From Podarcis gaigeae (lineage: Eukaryota), in NCBI GenBank assembly GCA_964106915.2, contig OZ066915.1: a DNA stretch of 64,000 nucleotides; one strand, 5' to 3'. Shown piece by piece: positions 1 to 11,700 of this stretch. The notes under the pieces were generated by a model. It was given only the letters and a program-made list of their open reading frames with translations. It was not told where the DNA came from and ran no database searches. The position numbers and the translations under genes were made by a program. How positions within the stretch are numbered: the stretch's first letter is position 1; each line of letters opens with the position of its first letter.

Positions 1-2451
1 CCATTTCTATCATTTGGGGTGGGTGGGGGGAGGCATTTTTTTTTAAAAAAGATTTTATTCTGTAGACCAGGGGGGGAAATTGCATTTTTCACTTCTCCTT
101 TAGCAGTTAAATGACAAGAAGCTGTGATATGACATGTCTTTGAAGTTCACTGAACAAATTATTGACTTTCTGCCTAACTTTCTGCACATAGTGGCTTGTA
201 AAGGTGAAATGAGAGATAAACTAGTCCAGGCTGGCCAGGCTTTATGGATAGAGCACTGAAGAAATCATGGACTATCTACTATTGTTAAAGCTTGCACATG
301 ACAAAATAACTGCAAAACAAGCACTCAGTGTGACATCACAGGGAGTCTTTTAATTAAGTACGGCAGTGCTGATCACAGAGGTAAGGCATTGTGTTTATTT
401 ACAGTGTGGTTTTTTAATATATATATATATATAGTTGACAGCATCCCTTTAAATAAGGATAAAAAGCCCTGTACCGCATGGCAGTGTAGCACCTAAAACT
501 AGTCTGTATTCAAGTGCTATTAAAAAGCCTCAATGGAATGACTTCTAACTTTTTGCATATTAAAATTAAGTAAAAGAAAACAAGCATGTGAAGGATTGTT
601 CTATCCTACCAGTGCACTGTGTGAACATTTGTACAATAGAAAATTCATGCTTTAAATAGTGACCTTATAAAAAAAAAAACATTTTTTTATACAACATGCA
701 GCAATATTAAAACCAGTTGTTCGTTCTTCCCCTACTTGACCTCAGAAGTTTAGTCACCCTAGTGAGGCTGGAGTTCTACACATATTGAGGTCTGCAGAGA
801 CAGCTCTCCTGGTCCAGGCTGTTCTTCAGCCAAGAAGACACACGAGGGCACGTGGTCCTTTTTGTACTGTCTTGATTTCCAACAACTCCTTCCAGTAACA
901 CAATATTAAATACACTCATTTGGTAAATAATTTTGTAATTAGCTTTGGTTTGCAATACTTCTACACAGTTTCAGGAAATGGCCAGATCCGTCCAAAGCAG
1001 CCACAAACTGTTTCTTACACATGCCCTTCCATACTGTGCGACCTTTCTGAATTGCAGTGCACAGAGGTTTACAGAAGAAATAAAAACACTGATGAATTGG
1101 CCAGTACTGCAAAGTACCCAGCTAGCCAAGAAGAACAAGCTCCTCCTCTTTGGATGTGGATTCATAGCTGTTCTCTGGAAGACCTTGCATGGGATTTTCA
1201 CTCTGCTCCCTGCACTACAGGTGAGGTTGGGCAGGAAATCCAGAAAAAAGCAATGGCTAAGGTACGAAGATATTGTGGACTTGAGCATTCTGTGCAGTTA
1301 GTTCTGTGTCACAATACTGTAAATGGGAGCTTCTTTTCACAAGCCTTAGGCAATTAAAAGGTTGAATATGATGTCAATGAGGCTGCTGCTTGTGGAAGTG
1401 TAGATCACAGACAGGTGTGTTGAAGGTGCAGCACCATGTGAAGGAGGCAGTAGAGGTTTATTTTTTAAGGCGATTCTTCTCACTGGTATTGTGTGCATTG
1501 CAAGGTATCTGTTTTGTTCAGTTGACTGCTATTGTCTTGCTGTTCTGAGGCGCCATTCTGCTGTAGTAGAATGTGCTTTGTGATGCTGCACGCTTCCATG
1601 CTAGGTGTTTTTGGCTGAATGCTTCACGCTTTCTGTGGGACATCAGCATGATGTCATCGAATTATTATCCTGTTTTTCCTTCTGTCTCTTCATACCATTT
1701 TTAAAAGAGAACAACAGTATGATCCCCATAGCTGTAGATCACCATAGTACTATTCTATCCTTTTTGTGTGGATTTTATGTACACTCTGGGCAGGTGAACC
1801 TGTTGCTAGTCATATACTTCAGCACACCATCCCTATTAGTTTTTCCATTTGCACAATTTTGTAAGTATGGCTTTTCAAAGCATCTTTTTATTTGTGCTAG
1901 AACACTTTTGCCTATTTATTAGAATTGAAATAATCACACAATTGTACTTACATGAAAAACAATTTAACTCAAATTTTAAGAATTGAAATTGCTTTTAAAA
2001 TTGTTGTTTTCTTACCATTATCTTAATTTAAAAAGTGCTGTCTTTTTTAAGAAGCCATAAAAGTAAACCATATAATAGAACTTTAAAAAAGTGGTTTGTT
2101 GTAAATTAAAGAATTAATTTGGCTTGTTCAGAATGGTCCCTTTCCCACTTCCATGCCTATGTCATGTCTAGTGGTGCAGATTACACATAAAACAAGTACT
2201 ATATCCTCAACTCTTGAGTGTGGAAAGTTTTTCTGTATGGAAAAGACTTTATGGAGAGTAATGATTGTGCACAACTAAGAGTTGCCAATTTGGAAGTACC
2301 TATATAAGTACCTGCCCTCCCCTTTCAACATATGTCTCACCACCTGCTTAAGTTGTATTAATTTATAGCACCGGTATAGTTCAAGCAAAGTTTCACTCAA
2401 GGGCCATAAACATCATAGCAGACAATTGTTTTAAAGGCTTATTCACCTGCT

Positions 2452-2700
2452 TACTGTATTTTTTGCTCTATAAGACTCACTTTTTCCCTCCAAAAAAAGT
2501 AAGGGGAAATGTGTTTGCGTCTTATGGAGCGAATGCAGGCTGCGCAGCTATCCCAGAAGCCATAACAGCAAGAGGGATCGCTACTTTCGCTGCGCATTGA
2601 TCCTTCTTGTTGTTCTGGCTTCTGAGATTCAGAATATTTTTTTTTTCTTGTTTTCCTCCTCCAAAAACTAGGTGCGTCTTATGGTCTGGTGCATCTTATT
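2452..2700. mobile_element. Tc1/mariner (Tc2-like) non-autonomous element fragment
   Basis: TACTGTATTTTTTGCTCTATAAGAC terminus and repeated GCGTCTTATGG subterminal motifs; right end eroded. Confidence 0.55.
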
Positions 2701-3152
2701 GAAGCATGATGCACCTTTGACAGCAGCTGACATTTTCAGATTTGGTTGCAACAAGAAGCAGAAGTGATTTTGTTTTTTAAAAATAAATTAATAAATCCTG
2801 ACATATAGGGACCGGTTTAGTTAAAATACACTTTCCATCACTGTAGATACAGTAGTGTAATTTGTTTTAAACTACCACCTAGCTTTGAGCCAAGTAGGAT
2901 ACATTTAAAGTGCCGTTGGGACTTTTGCTTCTACATTTCTTTTGTCAGTCTCATAACTAGACTCAAGATTTAGCCCCCAGTCAACTATCTGCTTCCTAGG
3001 CCCAACCACTCAGCATTTGGTCTATAGGCAAAAGTAAAACTGAGGGGAATGTAAAGGCTTTTGAACTTGCTAGAATGAAAGATAAGAAGGTATGTGCAAG
3101 AAGACAAACGGTAAGCTCACTGGGCATTAAGGAAATTATTAATGATCATTTA

Positions 3153-3372
3153 CAGTCATACCTTGGGTTGAATGCGCTTCGGGTTGAGCGTGTTCAAGTT
3201 GCGCTCCGCGGCAACCCGGAAGTAACGGAGCGTGTTACCTCCAAGTTTCGCCGATTGCACATGCACAGACGCTCAAAATGACATGCGCAGACGTGCCGGC
3301 GCTAGTTACGTTTGTTTCTAGATGCAAGCGGGGCTCCGGAACAGATCCCGTTCATATCTAGAGGTACCACTG
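3153..3372. mobile_element. Tc1/mariner-type MITE
   Basis: TA|CAGTCATACCT...AGGTACCACTG|TA: TIRs and TA target-site duplication; CpG-rich interior. Confidence 0.75.
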
Positions 3373-5229
3373 TATAGGTAAATTATAACATTCAATTGTT
3401 ACTGTGGACATTCAGCGGTGTAGTGAGGATCTGTTGCTCAAGTGGATCTGAGTATAGTTTGGAATTGTGGCTGAGGGCTGGGCCCTCACTTTGTGGTATA
3501 AAGGGAGAACTATGGTTAAAACGAATAAAGGGTAGATATCTCACAACATAGTGCTTTGCTCATTACCCAGACTTTGCTTTTTATATGTAGTTGTGGAGTC
3601 ATCACCTGGGTGAAGCCTACCCACATGTGAACAAAGGAACCCTACCAGGCTGGCAGCATTTGCATCTTCTTTTAATGAGGCAACATATTTGAGTGATACA
3701 TTGCAATATTCTTGTCTGCCCTCAGGAAAGCGATGGTTAGGAACATAATGAGTATCTGGTGCTTGGTATGAAGCCTTTGGGCTGGGAAATGGTTGCTGTG
3801 TAGCTGGGCCTGCTGTAGTCCTGCCTTGTACCAGCTAGCCTGACCTTGCCCTAGATGAAAACCTGGCAGCCTCCTTTTTGGGGTCTGCCCTGTGCAGTAA
3901 CAGGTGTGAGCATTCTAGCAGCAGCTTGATGGTCATGTATGATACTGCATACAGATCTGTTGCGACATGTAGAGAAAACCCAGACTGTGTTCTGTACCAT
4001 CACTGACGGACTTAGATCTGGCAATATCTTAATTTAAAGACCGACAAAGGCCATAGGTTTAGGCTTCAAGGGGTAAGTTGCCCAGTTTCTTCCACCGTGG
4101 TAGACTTAGTCGTAGATTTGCAACCTTCACTTGTTATGCTGATTAAACTTTGTCACTTTTTCAGATCGGCTCTGGGCAACATATTATTCAATATTATCAA
4201 TTTATTCAAGACTGCCTGTTTATTAAACTGAATAAATTATTTGGTATATGAGGAGGAATGTGAGTCCTTCAAAGTGTTTTTGGAATTTGAAACAGAATTT
4301 AAATTGGTAATCCTTTCCATTTTTATAAGTTACGATTACTTTATTGCTTGTTGTAAATTTATTCATGACGATCTGATACACTCATGGATAATATTTATAT
4401 CATATATAAGAATATGGTTGGTTTTAGTAGTGTGTTGAAATGCTATAGATTTATCTATATCAAATTATAGATATGTTTATATTTTTAATTTAATTAAGAA
4501 ATGAGCAAAGTACTTATGAAGGGAGGAATGTACCCTGAAACAGAAAATTGATAGAAGTCGCCCTAGACTTCTAGTCAATTAAAAATCCTTCATTTATGTA
4601 CTTGCTTTTTATATTACTCTGCGTTCTTTTCAAGCTGAGTGCCCACCACATAAACAAGTCAGATTGCTTTACTTCTATTTCAAGTGCCTTTAAAATTGGT
4701 AAGACAGGGCAGAGAGAGAAGTGTTTAGTGAAAGGATGGCTTGGAGGTTACTGGTCTGACAATGGCTTCTTCGTGAGCTGACTTTTTTTGAAGTCTTCAT
4801 GTATAGAATCAGGAGGAAAGGCAGTGGCTGCCATGCAGAGTGTTGCAAGCTGTAAGTCAACCAAATTTTTCCCCACAGTAGGTAATAAGAGACAATATAG
4901 CAGAACCTGATCTGGATGATAGATATGTTAGGGATGAAATGGATGTGCATACCAAACATAATTCTGCTGCAGAGTGAGTCTTTCTTGGAAGCTACTAAAG
5001 TTAGCTGTGCTTGCTGAGGAGGAGACTCCTGCGCCAGAGATTTGCTTTGTGGTGTGTGGGAGATTATCTGGCAATTTCATTTGTAATAGGGGAGGGGAAT
5101 ATCCTGGGAAAACTGACTCCAGTTTCTTCTTCCTGGCTGTCACCAGAGCTCTCTGATAAAGTATCTGAGTCTCTTTAATGGAAATCTGTTTGTGTTTAGC
5201 TGCATCCCCACACATAAGGCTTATTCTGT

Positions 5230-5798
5230 TCACCACTGTTGTAAATGCAGGTCCATGGTACTGTTCAAGTTGAGATCACTAACATCTAAGAAATCAATGT
5301 TGAAGATGCTGGGCCCAGTGGTGGTGAGGGAACCGAAACCGTTGGCTGAGCTAGGCGGAGTGAGGTCCAGCCATTCCATTGTTTCCCAAGGAGACTCTGT
5401 GAAGCTCATGTGCAAACCAGTTCCTTCTCCAGAAGAGGGAGACAGCTGGGTCTCCATGGGTGACAGGGGAGTGGGCAGGATCTCGTGGGGTGTCAGCAGT
5501 TCATCGGCAGCTTTGTTGGAAAATCCTTCCATCACCCCTTCAAAGTGTGGTTCTTCACCCACTTTCAGTAGGGTGACTTCACTCGACCGCCCCAGAGGGC
5601 TGTGGGAATTTAACAAGATTTCCAGATGACTGTCGTTGCTGCTAGGGCAGTGTTCAAAGGACAGCTGACCTGAGGGGCCTTGCTCAAATGAAGCAGATGT
5701 CTTCAGTAGCGAGGAAGTGCCGGAGGTTCCCGAAGACACTGTTATCTGAGGCACCTTCTGAAGGCAAGGGCGGTCCTCTTTGGCATTTGCAGGCATTT
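5230..5798 (-). CDS. MYOCD: MYOCD last coding exon (transactivation domain ...FTESPWETMEWLDLTPP...DLHLQQW*)
   Basis: tgtttgcaaacag|AAATGCCT...; TGA at 5230-5232; lies inside ORF 5230-5904. Confidence 0.97.
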
Positions 5799-8700
5799 CT
5801 GTTTGCAAACAAAAAAGGCTCATCAAGAGCAGATCTACAACTTTACTATGCCGTGCACCCCAAGCCACCCTACAACTTGAAATGTTATAAAACATCTTGC
5901 ACATCAGTGATTACTGCCTGTCAAGACGGCAGACTCCTTTGTCTACAGTATGAGATACCCAATGGAGCACATCGTAATTCGCTGTTGCTGTCAGAGAAGT
6001 GTGTCCTACTTTTTTTTTGGTTGGATATAGCTTTATGTGATGCTATGCTAGAGTAACTTGGCATACCAGGAATCTACTTTGTGGTTCTGTGAGCCTGTAA
6101 GGTGTACCTAGGAATGCCTGGGTGAGAAGAACAGAAAGATCGCAGAAGAGCCAACAGCAGATTGTGGTCAAGGAACACAGTAGGTGCTCCATCCAAGGAA
6201 CGCAGGAAGGAAATCAGTAGAAGAAATTATCACTAAATATGTGTGTTGGCAAGGACTTGTTAAAGAGGGAAAAAGATGAGCGGATGAGTATGGGACGTCC
6301 TACAGCAACTAGAATCTTAGTACTTCACCAAACCATTATTAGGCATTACAAGTATAAAACATCGATATATAAAATTTAAAATATATACAAATAAAAAGAC
6401 ATGTAAACTATATAAAAATGGGATTTCTTTCATTGGGATTTCTTCCCACTAAATAGTGCCATTCGAGATACTGTTGACCAAAACTCAGCCACCCTTGCAG
6501 TTACTTCCAGGTTAATGTCAGACAGATAGATTCCTGTATGCTTATATCAGATTCTGATTGTTAAGACCACACAATCTATTTTAGTGCAAGGGTGGCTAAA
6601 CTGTGGCCCTCCAGATTTTGGGCTTCATCTCCCATCATCGCTGACTGGGGTTGATGTGAGTTGGGGTCCAGTGACAGTCTGAGGGCCACATCTGGTTGCT
6701 TAAAATAAGCCCATCAAGAAAATGCACTTTGGGAGTGGCACTTTCTTTCATAGGCTATGACCATGGTTACATTTAGCAGTAGGCATTGGGCTCAAATTAT
6801 GGCTTACTATGACTAGGGGGTAAGGACGCAGGTGGCGCTGTGGGTTAAACCACAGAGCCTAGGGCTTGCCAATCAGAAGGGCTGCAGTTCGAATCACCTT
6901 GACAGGGTGAGCTCCCGTTGCTTGGTCCCTGCTCCTGCCAACCTAGCAGTTCGAAAGCACGCCAAAGTGCAAGTAAATAAATAGGTACCGCTCCAGCTGG
7001 AAGGTAAACGGCGTTTCCGTGCGCTGCTCTGGTTCGCCAGAAGCGGCTTAGTCATGCTGGCCACATGCCCCGGAAGCTGTACGCCGGCTCCCTCAGCCAA
7101 TAAAGCGAGATGAGCGCTGCAACCCCAGAGTTGGCCAGGACTGGACCGAATGGTCAGGGGTTCCTTTACCTTTACCTTATGACTAGGGGAAATTCTCTGA
7201 AATTGCCATTTTGGGTACCACCCTTCAGGCAATGAAAAGCATTGGGGCTAGGGGTTAGTGCAGACACAGCGATCACAGTGCACCCTCTTTGGGCAGCCAG
7301 AGACTTCGCTCATACTTGCTTTGACCAGAACCAACAGTCTTGCCTTAGGGATATCGCCTACCTCCAGTTTCAATAAGCACATCCAACAGTTCATCCATTT
7401 GCTGGCTTCGGGTCATCTGCTGCAGCAAGAAAAAAGCAAGGGATGTTAGGAAGTTGGTACTGGAGCCACACACTACTATACTAGAAAAATCAGCTTTGAT
7501 GGATATTGAGAGATGCTTTCAAAAGAAAGCTGAAGCCTCAGACATATAAGGATGATAGAATCTCCTTGACAGGCATGTTAAATAAACAATGATTCCTTAG
7601 TAACTAGTTGAAACAGGGCTCCTACAATACTTGAGCAGTTTTTTGTGCGTATAGTAGGCTGTTATGTATTACAATTAATACCGTTATAGTTCATAAAAGC
7701 CTCAGAGAAGCAAGATCAATAGCCCTCCCAAAGTGGAATGAAAACTCCCTCCTTCACTCAGATGTTCAACCTGTAACTAATGTTACTTAGAATAAAATCC
7801 CACCACATTCATTGGTACTTACTTCCTAGTAAGTATGCTTACGTTGGCTCCTGTTAACCCACACAAACTTTGTGTGACCCACTGCAGTTACCTCTTTAGG
7901 GGCCATCCTGCAGTGCTCTTGTGTGTACTTTTTTGAACCAAGTGTTCAGCTGTAGCTTGCAAACTTAGTTCATTCAGAGATCATTCTGTTTCTTCTAAAA
8001 ATTCAGATGGTCCTTCCAACAGAAGTCACCTGAATCACTTCAGCTGCTTATTCAATGTCTGAACAAATAAGAGGTTGAATGAATTTGCATTTGCTTTTAA
8101 TCCAATTGACTGTATATAACTCTTTCTACAACAATAAATTCAGTTTTCAAGGCTGTCAGTAGTCATCTGCTTTCACTCATTGGTCACACAACACTCTCAA
8201 ATCTGCAATTGGCTTTGATGTACATAACAATCAAAGCAAGCTATCTGCAGCCAAGCATAGCCTACCAAGCACCAGACTGTTACCTGTTTCACAGCATCAG
8301 CGTAGGGTGGTGGCTGCTTTCCATCTGGGAGGGCAGCATTTGACTTGCAAAAGCCAGGAGACAGAATGGAATACTTCTGACTACCTTGTGCTGGCACCTG
8401 TGTGGAACCAAAATCAATCACAGGGATCAAGCCAAACTTGGGCCAAGACTGCTATTCAGCAGTTGCCTCCATAAATTTACCTCTTGCACATGGGAACAAA
8501 TCAACAGTCAATGAGGTGATCTCATTGCAAATCCAGTGAAGCATGAGAAAAAGTCAAGGCTCCGGAAGCCCATCTCCCTTGCTGTAATAACAGTTTTGCC
8601 ATTGATAATGGCACTTACAAAGTTCTGCAAAGGAATTTTGAAATAATATTGAATTCCCCCACCCACTAGCAGAAAACTGCAGTAAAGGCTGCCTGTTTAG

Positions 8701-11700
8701 GGCAGGGGTGAGCCAACTTTTTCAGCAGGGGGCCAGTCCACTGTCCCTCAGACCTTGTGGGGGGCTGGACTATATTTTTTTTGGTGGGGGGAATGAATGA
8801 ATTTCTATGCCCCACAAATAACCCAGAGGTACATTTTAAATAAAAGCACATATTCTACTCATGTAAAAACACACTGTTTCCTGGACCATCCGCGGGCCAG
8901 ATTTAGAAAGCGATTGGGCCGGATGCGGCCCCCAGGCCGTAGTTTGCCTACCCATGGCTTAGGTGATATACTTTCTTTTGAATGGGCAGGAGAGAGTTAC
9001 AGGGACACCAAGGGTGGTAATTAAGCTGTATATGTGGAAGAGTGGGTAGTGTCCAGTTTCTTAATGACTTCTGAAAAAGTTGAATCTACTCTGCTTATGT
9101 GTATGCCACCATCCTTGAAATGCCGTTCTGCAACTTGAATGCAAACCAACAGATGTATATTTTAATCACTGGAAGACGGGCAATTAAACTCCTCCTTTCC
9201 TGTTTGGTATTTCATCAACTGAGAAGCAATAATAGCTACAGTAGGTAAACTGGGCCTGGACACATGGAACACAGCCTGCCAGTTTTGAAACATTGCACTG
9301 CCCCCCCAGTCTGATTCTGGGCACAGTTCAAAGTGCCTTTGAAGCTCTGAGCAGTTTGGAATCTGGATAGAATGGGAGCTGCTTTAACACCCTCCCCTAA
9401 CTCTGCACCCCCCAATAATAATAATAATAACAAGTAGCTTTCTTACTGGAGCTGTGCGAAGATGGCTGCTGGGCTGTGGAGAGCTGCTGCGTCCTTCTCC
9501 CTGAGTGCTGGGGGACACAGAGAGGAGGTAATGGCTGTTTGGTGAGGGTGGAAGGCTGATGTGTTGCGGACTCTTTGCTGCCTCTAGTGGAGAATGCTGG
9601 GGAGAGCACTGTGGGCTTAGGAATGTGGAGGACAGTATGCCGCTCTGTCCTGATGGTTCCATGCAATGGCTATTTACAAGATGGGGCAGCTGAGGTGTCC
9701 CACAGTTTCTCAGTGTGTCCGAGTTGCTAGCCTGGCCTTTCAAGGGAGCTTGCTTAGAGGCAAAGGGGCAACTGGACGCTGGGTTTTCTTGCTTGATCGG
9801 AAAGCCGAAGAAGTGTGGAGAGGGCTGCTTCTCGTCCAAGCCGTGGCTCCTTTTGCGCTTCTGCAGCTGCATCCTCAGCTCTTCCACTTGCCTCTGCTCT
9901 TGCTGCAGTTTCCAGGTCAGCTCATTGATGACCTTCTGCTTTTCCACCAGCATCTTGTCTTTCTCTGTGTCAACCCTTTCCACATCGAGCTGGATGCCAG
10001 CGCCGTTCATGCTTCCCATCAGGCTTTCTTCACACCCGCCTTGCACAGGGGAAGGGTGCAGGACAAAATGGGGGGAAGACATTGGTCCTTCGTTGAAACT
10101 GTCTGGCAAGGAGCCATTCACCGATAGGTCTGAGGAAGCTGGGGAGATGGGGGGAGTAGAGCTGGTGCTGCCAAAGTGGTAAAAGCCATTGGACAGCAGG
10201 CTCGCCGAAGACTGCGACTGGTAGCTGGAGAGAGAGTTGGTTGGTGTCACTGGGAAGGTGACGGTGGTTATCTCATTGAAGCTGGGCACAGAACCCCCGC
10301 TGCACTCCTGGAAGGGCCGCAGGCGTTCCATCAAGGCCGTTTTCGTACCTGATACAGGGAGGCCCCTTATTCGGAGCTGCTGCCTCAGCTCCGACACCTG
10401 GAATGAAAGCCGTTTAGTCAGTGGCAAGGTCGCTTTTCAGTTCAACTTTGTGGCAAAGTAGCAACCTGCTTACAGTGGACCCTGACCCAAATCTAAACCA
10501 GAGATTATTTGCACGGACAAAGAGTTGGGCTGGGTAAAGTTTGGGCTCCAAAATGGCTGCTATTAATTGGACTGGATACGTCAGTTTGTCCCTGTGCTGC
10601 TTAGCACAACATTACTTGGACATCTCTAATGATTTCTATTGCCTTAGGTGCTATGCTGTCCAAATTAAAATTATGCAAGTTGTAATAAGCCTGGAGTGGG
10701 ACTGAACGTCTGCACCCAGGGCTTATTTTTCAGCCGGAATTCAGTTTCAGCACCTCTCAGGTGAGCTCCGTTGCCATTCTAAGAGAACAAGGGAGACATT
10801 CATTGTGAGTTCTGGCACCTCTTTTTCTAGAAAAATAGCACTGCCTACACCTAATGAATTTGTGGCTGGTTTTAACCTGGGCTGCCCTTCTTGCATTTTA
10901 GATATAGACAGAGCAGTGCTTCTTGAGAAACTTGGGGGAAACAGAAGGCATGCTTTCCAGTCAACCATCATTACTCCTGAGGATACTCTTCTGTCCCTGC
11001 TTAGGAGCTGCAGCCGTTTGGGCACAGGCAAGTCCTCCAGGTGAAGACTAGGCAGAACATCAGAGCTTGTTGAACTTCCCATTACTTTGCTTCCTGTGGA
11101 TGGCCTATATTTTCAGCAACAGCTGCCTGAGGTTGTGCCTCTGGCACGTGCCTGTGTGTATATAAGTGTTCGCTTAGGGAACTTGGTTTCAATTGATTTC
11201 TTAACGTATGTTATTTTTAATGCTTGAGGGTTTTTCTTGTTCCAGGGTTGCCTTTGTGTTAATTTTGTTTTAATTTAGTGTGTTAGTAAAATAATGGTTT
11301 GCATTCTTAAACAACGAATATTATTGAAATAGAACTGGCTCTGCCATCTGTTTTTAAACAAGCTACGATGTCCGATTTTATTAGTTCTAAGTCAGCTTTG
11401 GCAAATAATAATTTGGTCTCTTCTCTACAGTCCACTGACCCTAGTTGGTCTGTTGATCTTATGGTGGTGTTTGACTGCTTCAATTTATGTGATATTTGAA
11501 TTTTGATTAATTTGGGATATTGACCGAAGTGCATGTGTTAACCATGTGTTTGCTGGAGGAACACACTGCCTCCACATGCAGTTTCATATACCACACAGAA
11601 GGTTTTATACTTTTCATCAACTTTTGCATTCAGTACTCACTTTTAAATCATCCAGGTTGGATGGGAGAGGACCTGGCTTGAGAGACGAAATGCAGGATTG

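Larger units (their letters stand above)
1..5229 (-). other. Probable long MYOCD 3' UTR and downstream region (3' end not determinable)
   Basis: Lies downstream of the stop codon. AT-rich UTR-like block at ~100-700; minus-strand AATAAA at 394-399 and 54-59. Confidence 0.5.

Noticed and set aside
920-1357. Overlapping 105-145 aa ORFs on both strands
   Set aside because: No recognisable domain or splice context; they lie in the probable 3' UTR and are most likely chance ORFs.
5192-6056. Plus-strand ORFs overlapping the last MYOCD exon (similar ones at 9666-10461, 13148-13390 and 19336-19632)
   Set aside because: Antisense shadows of codon-biased MYOCD exons with no independent coding signal.
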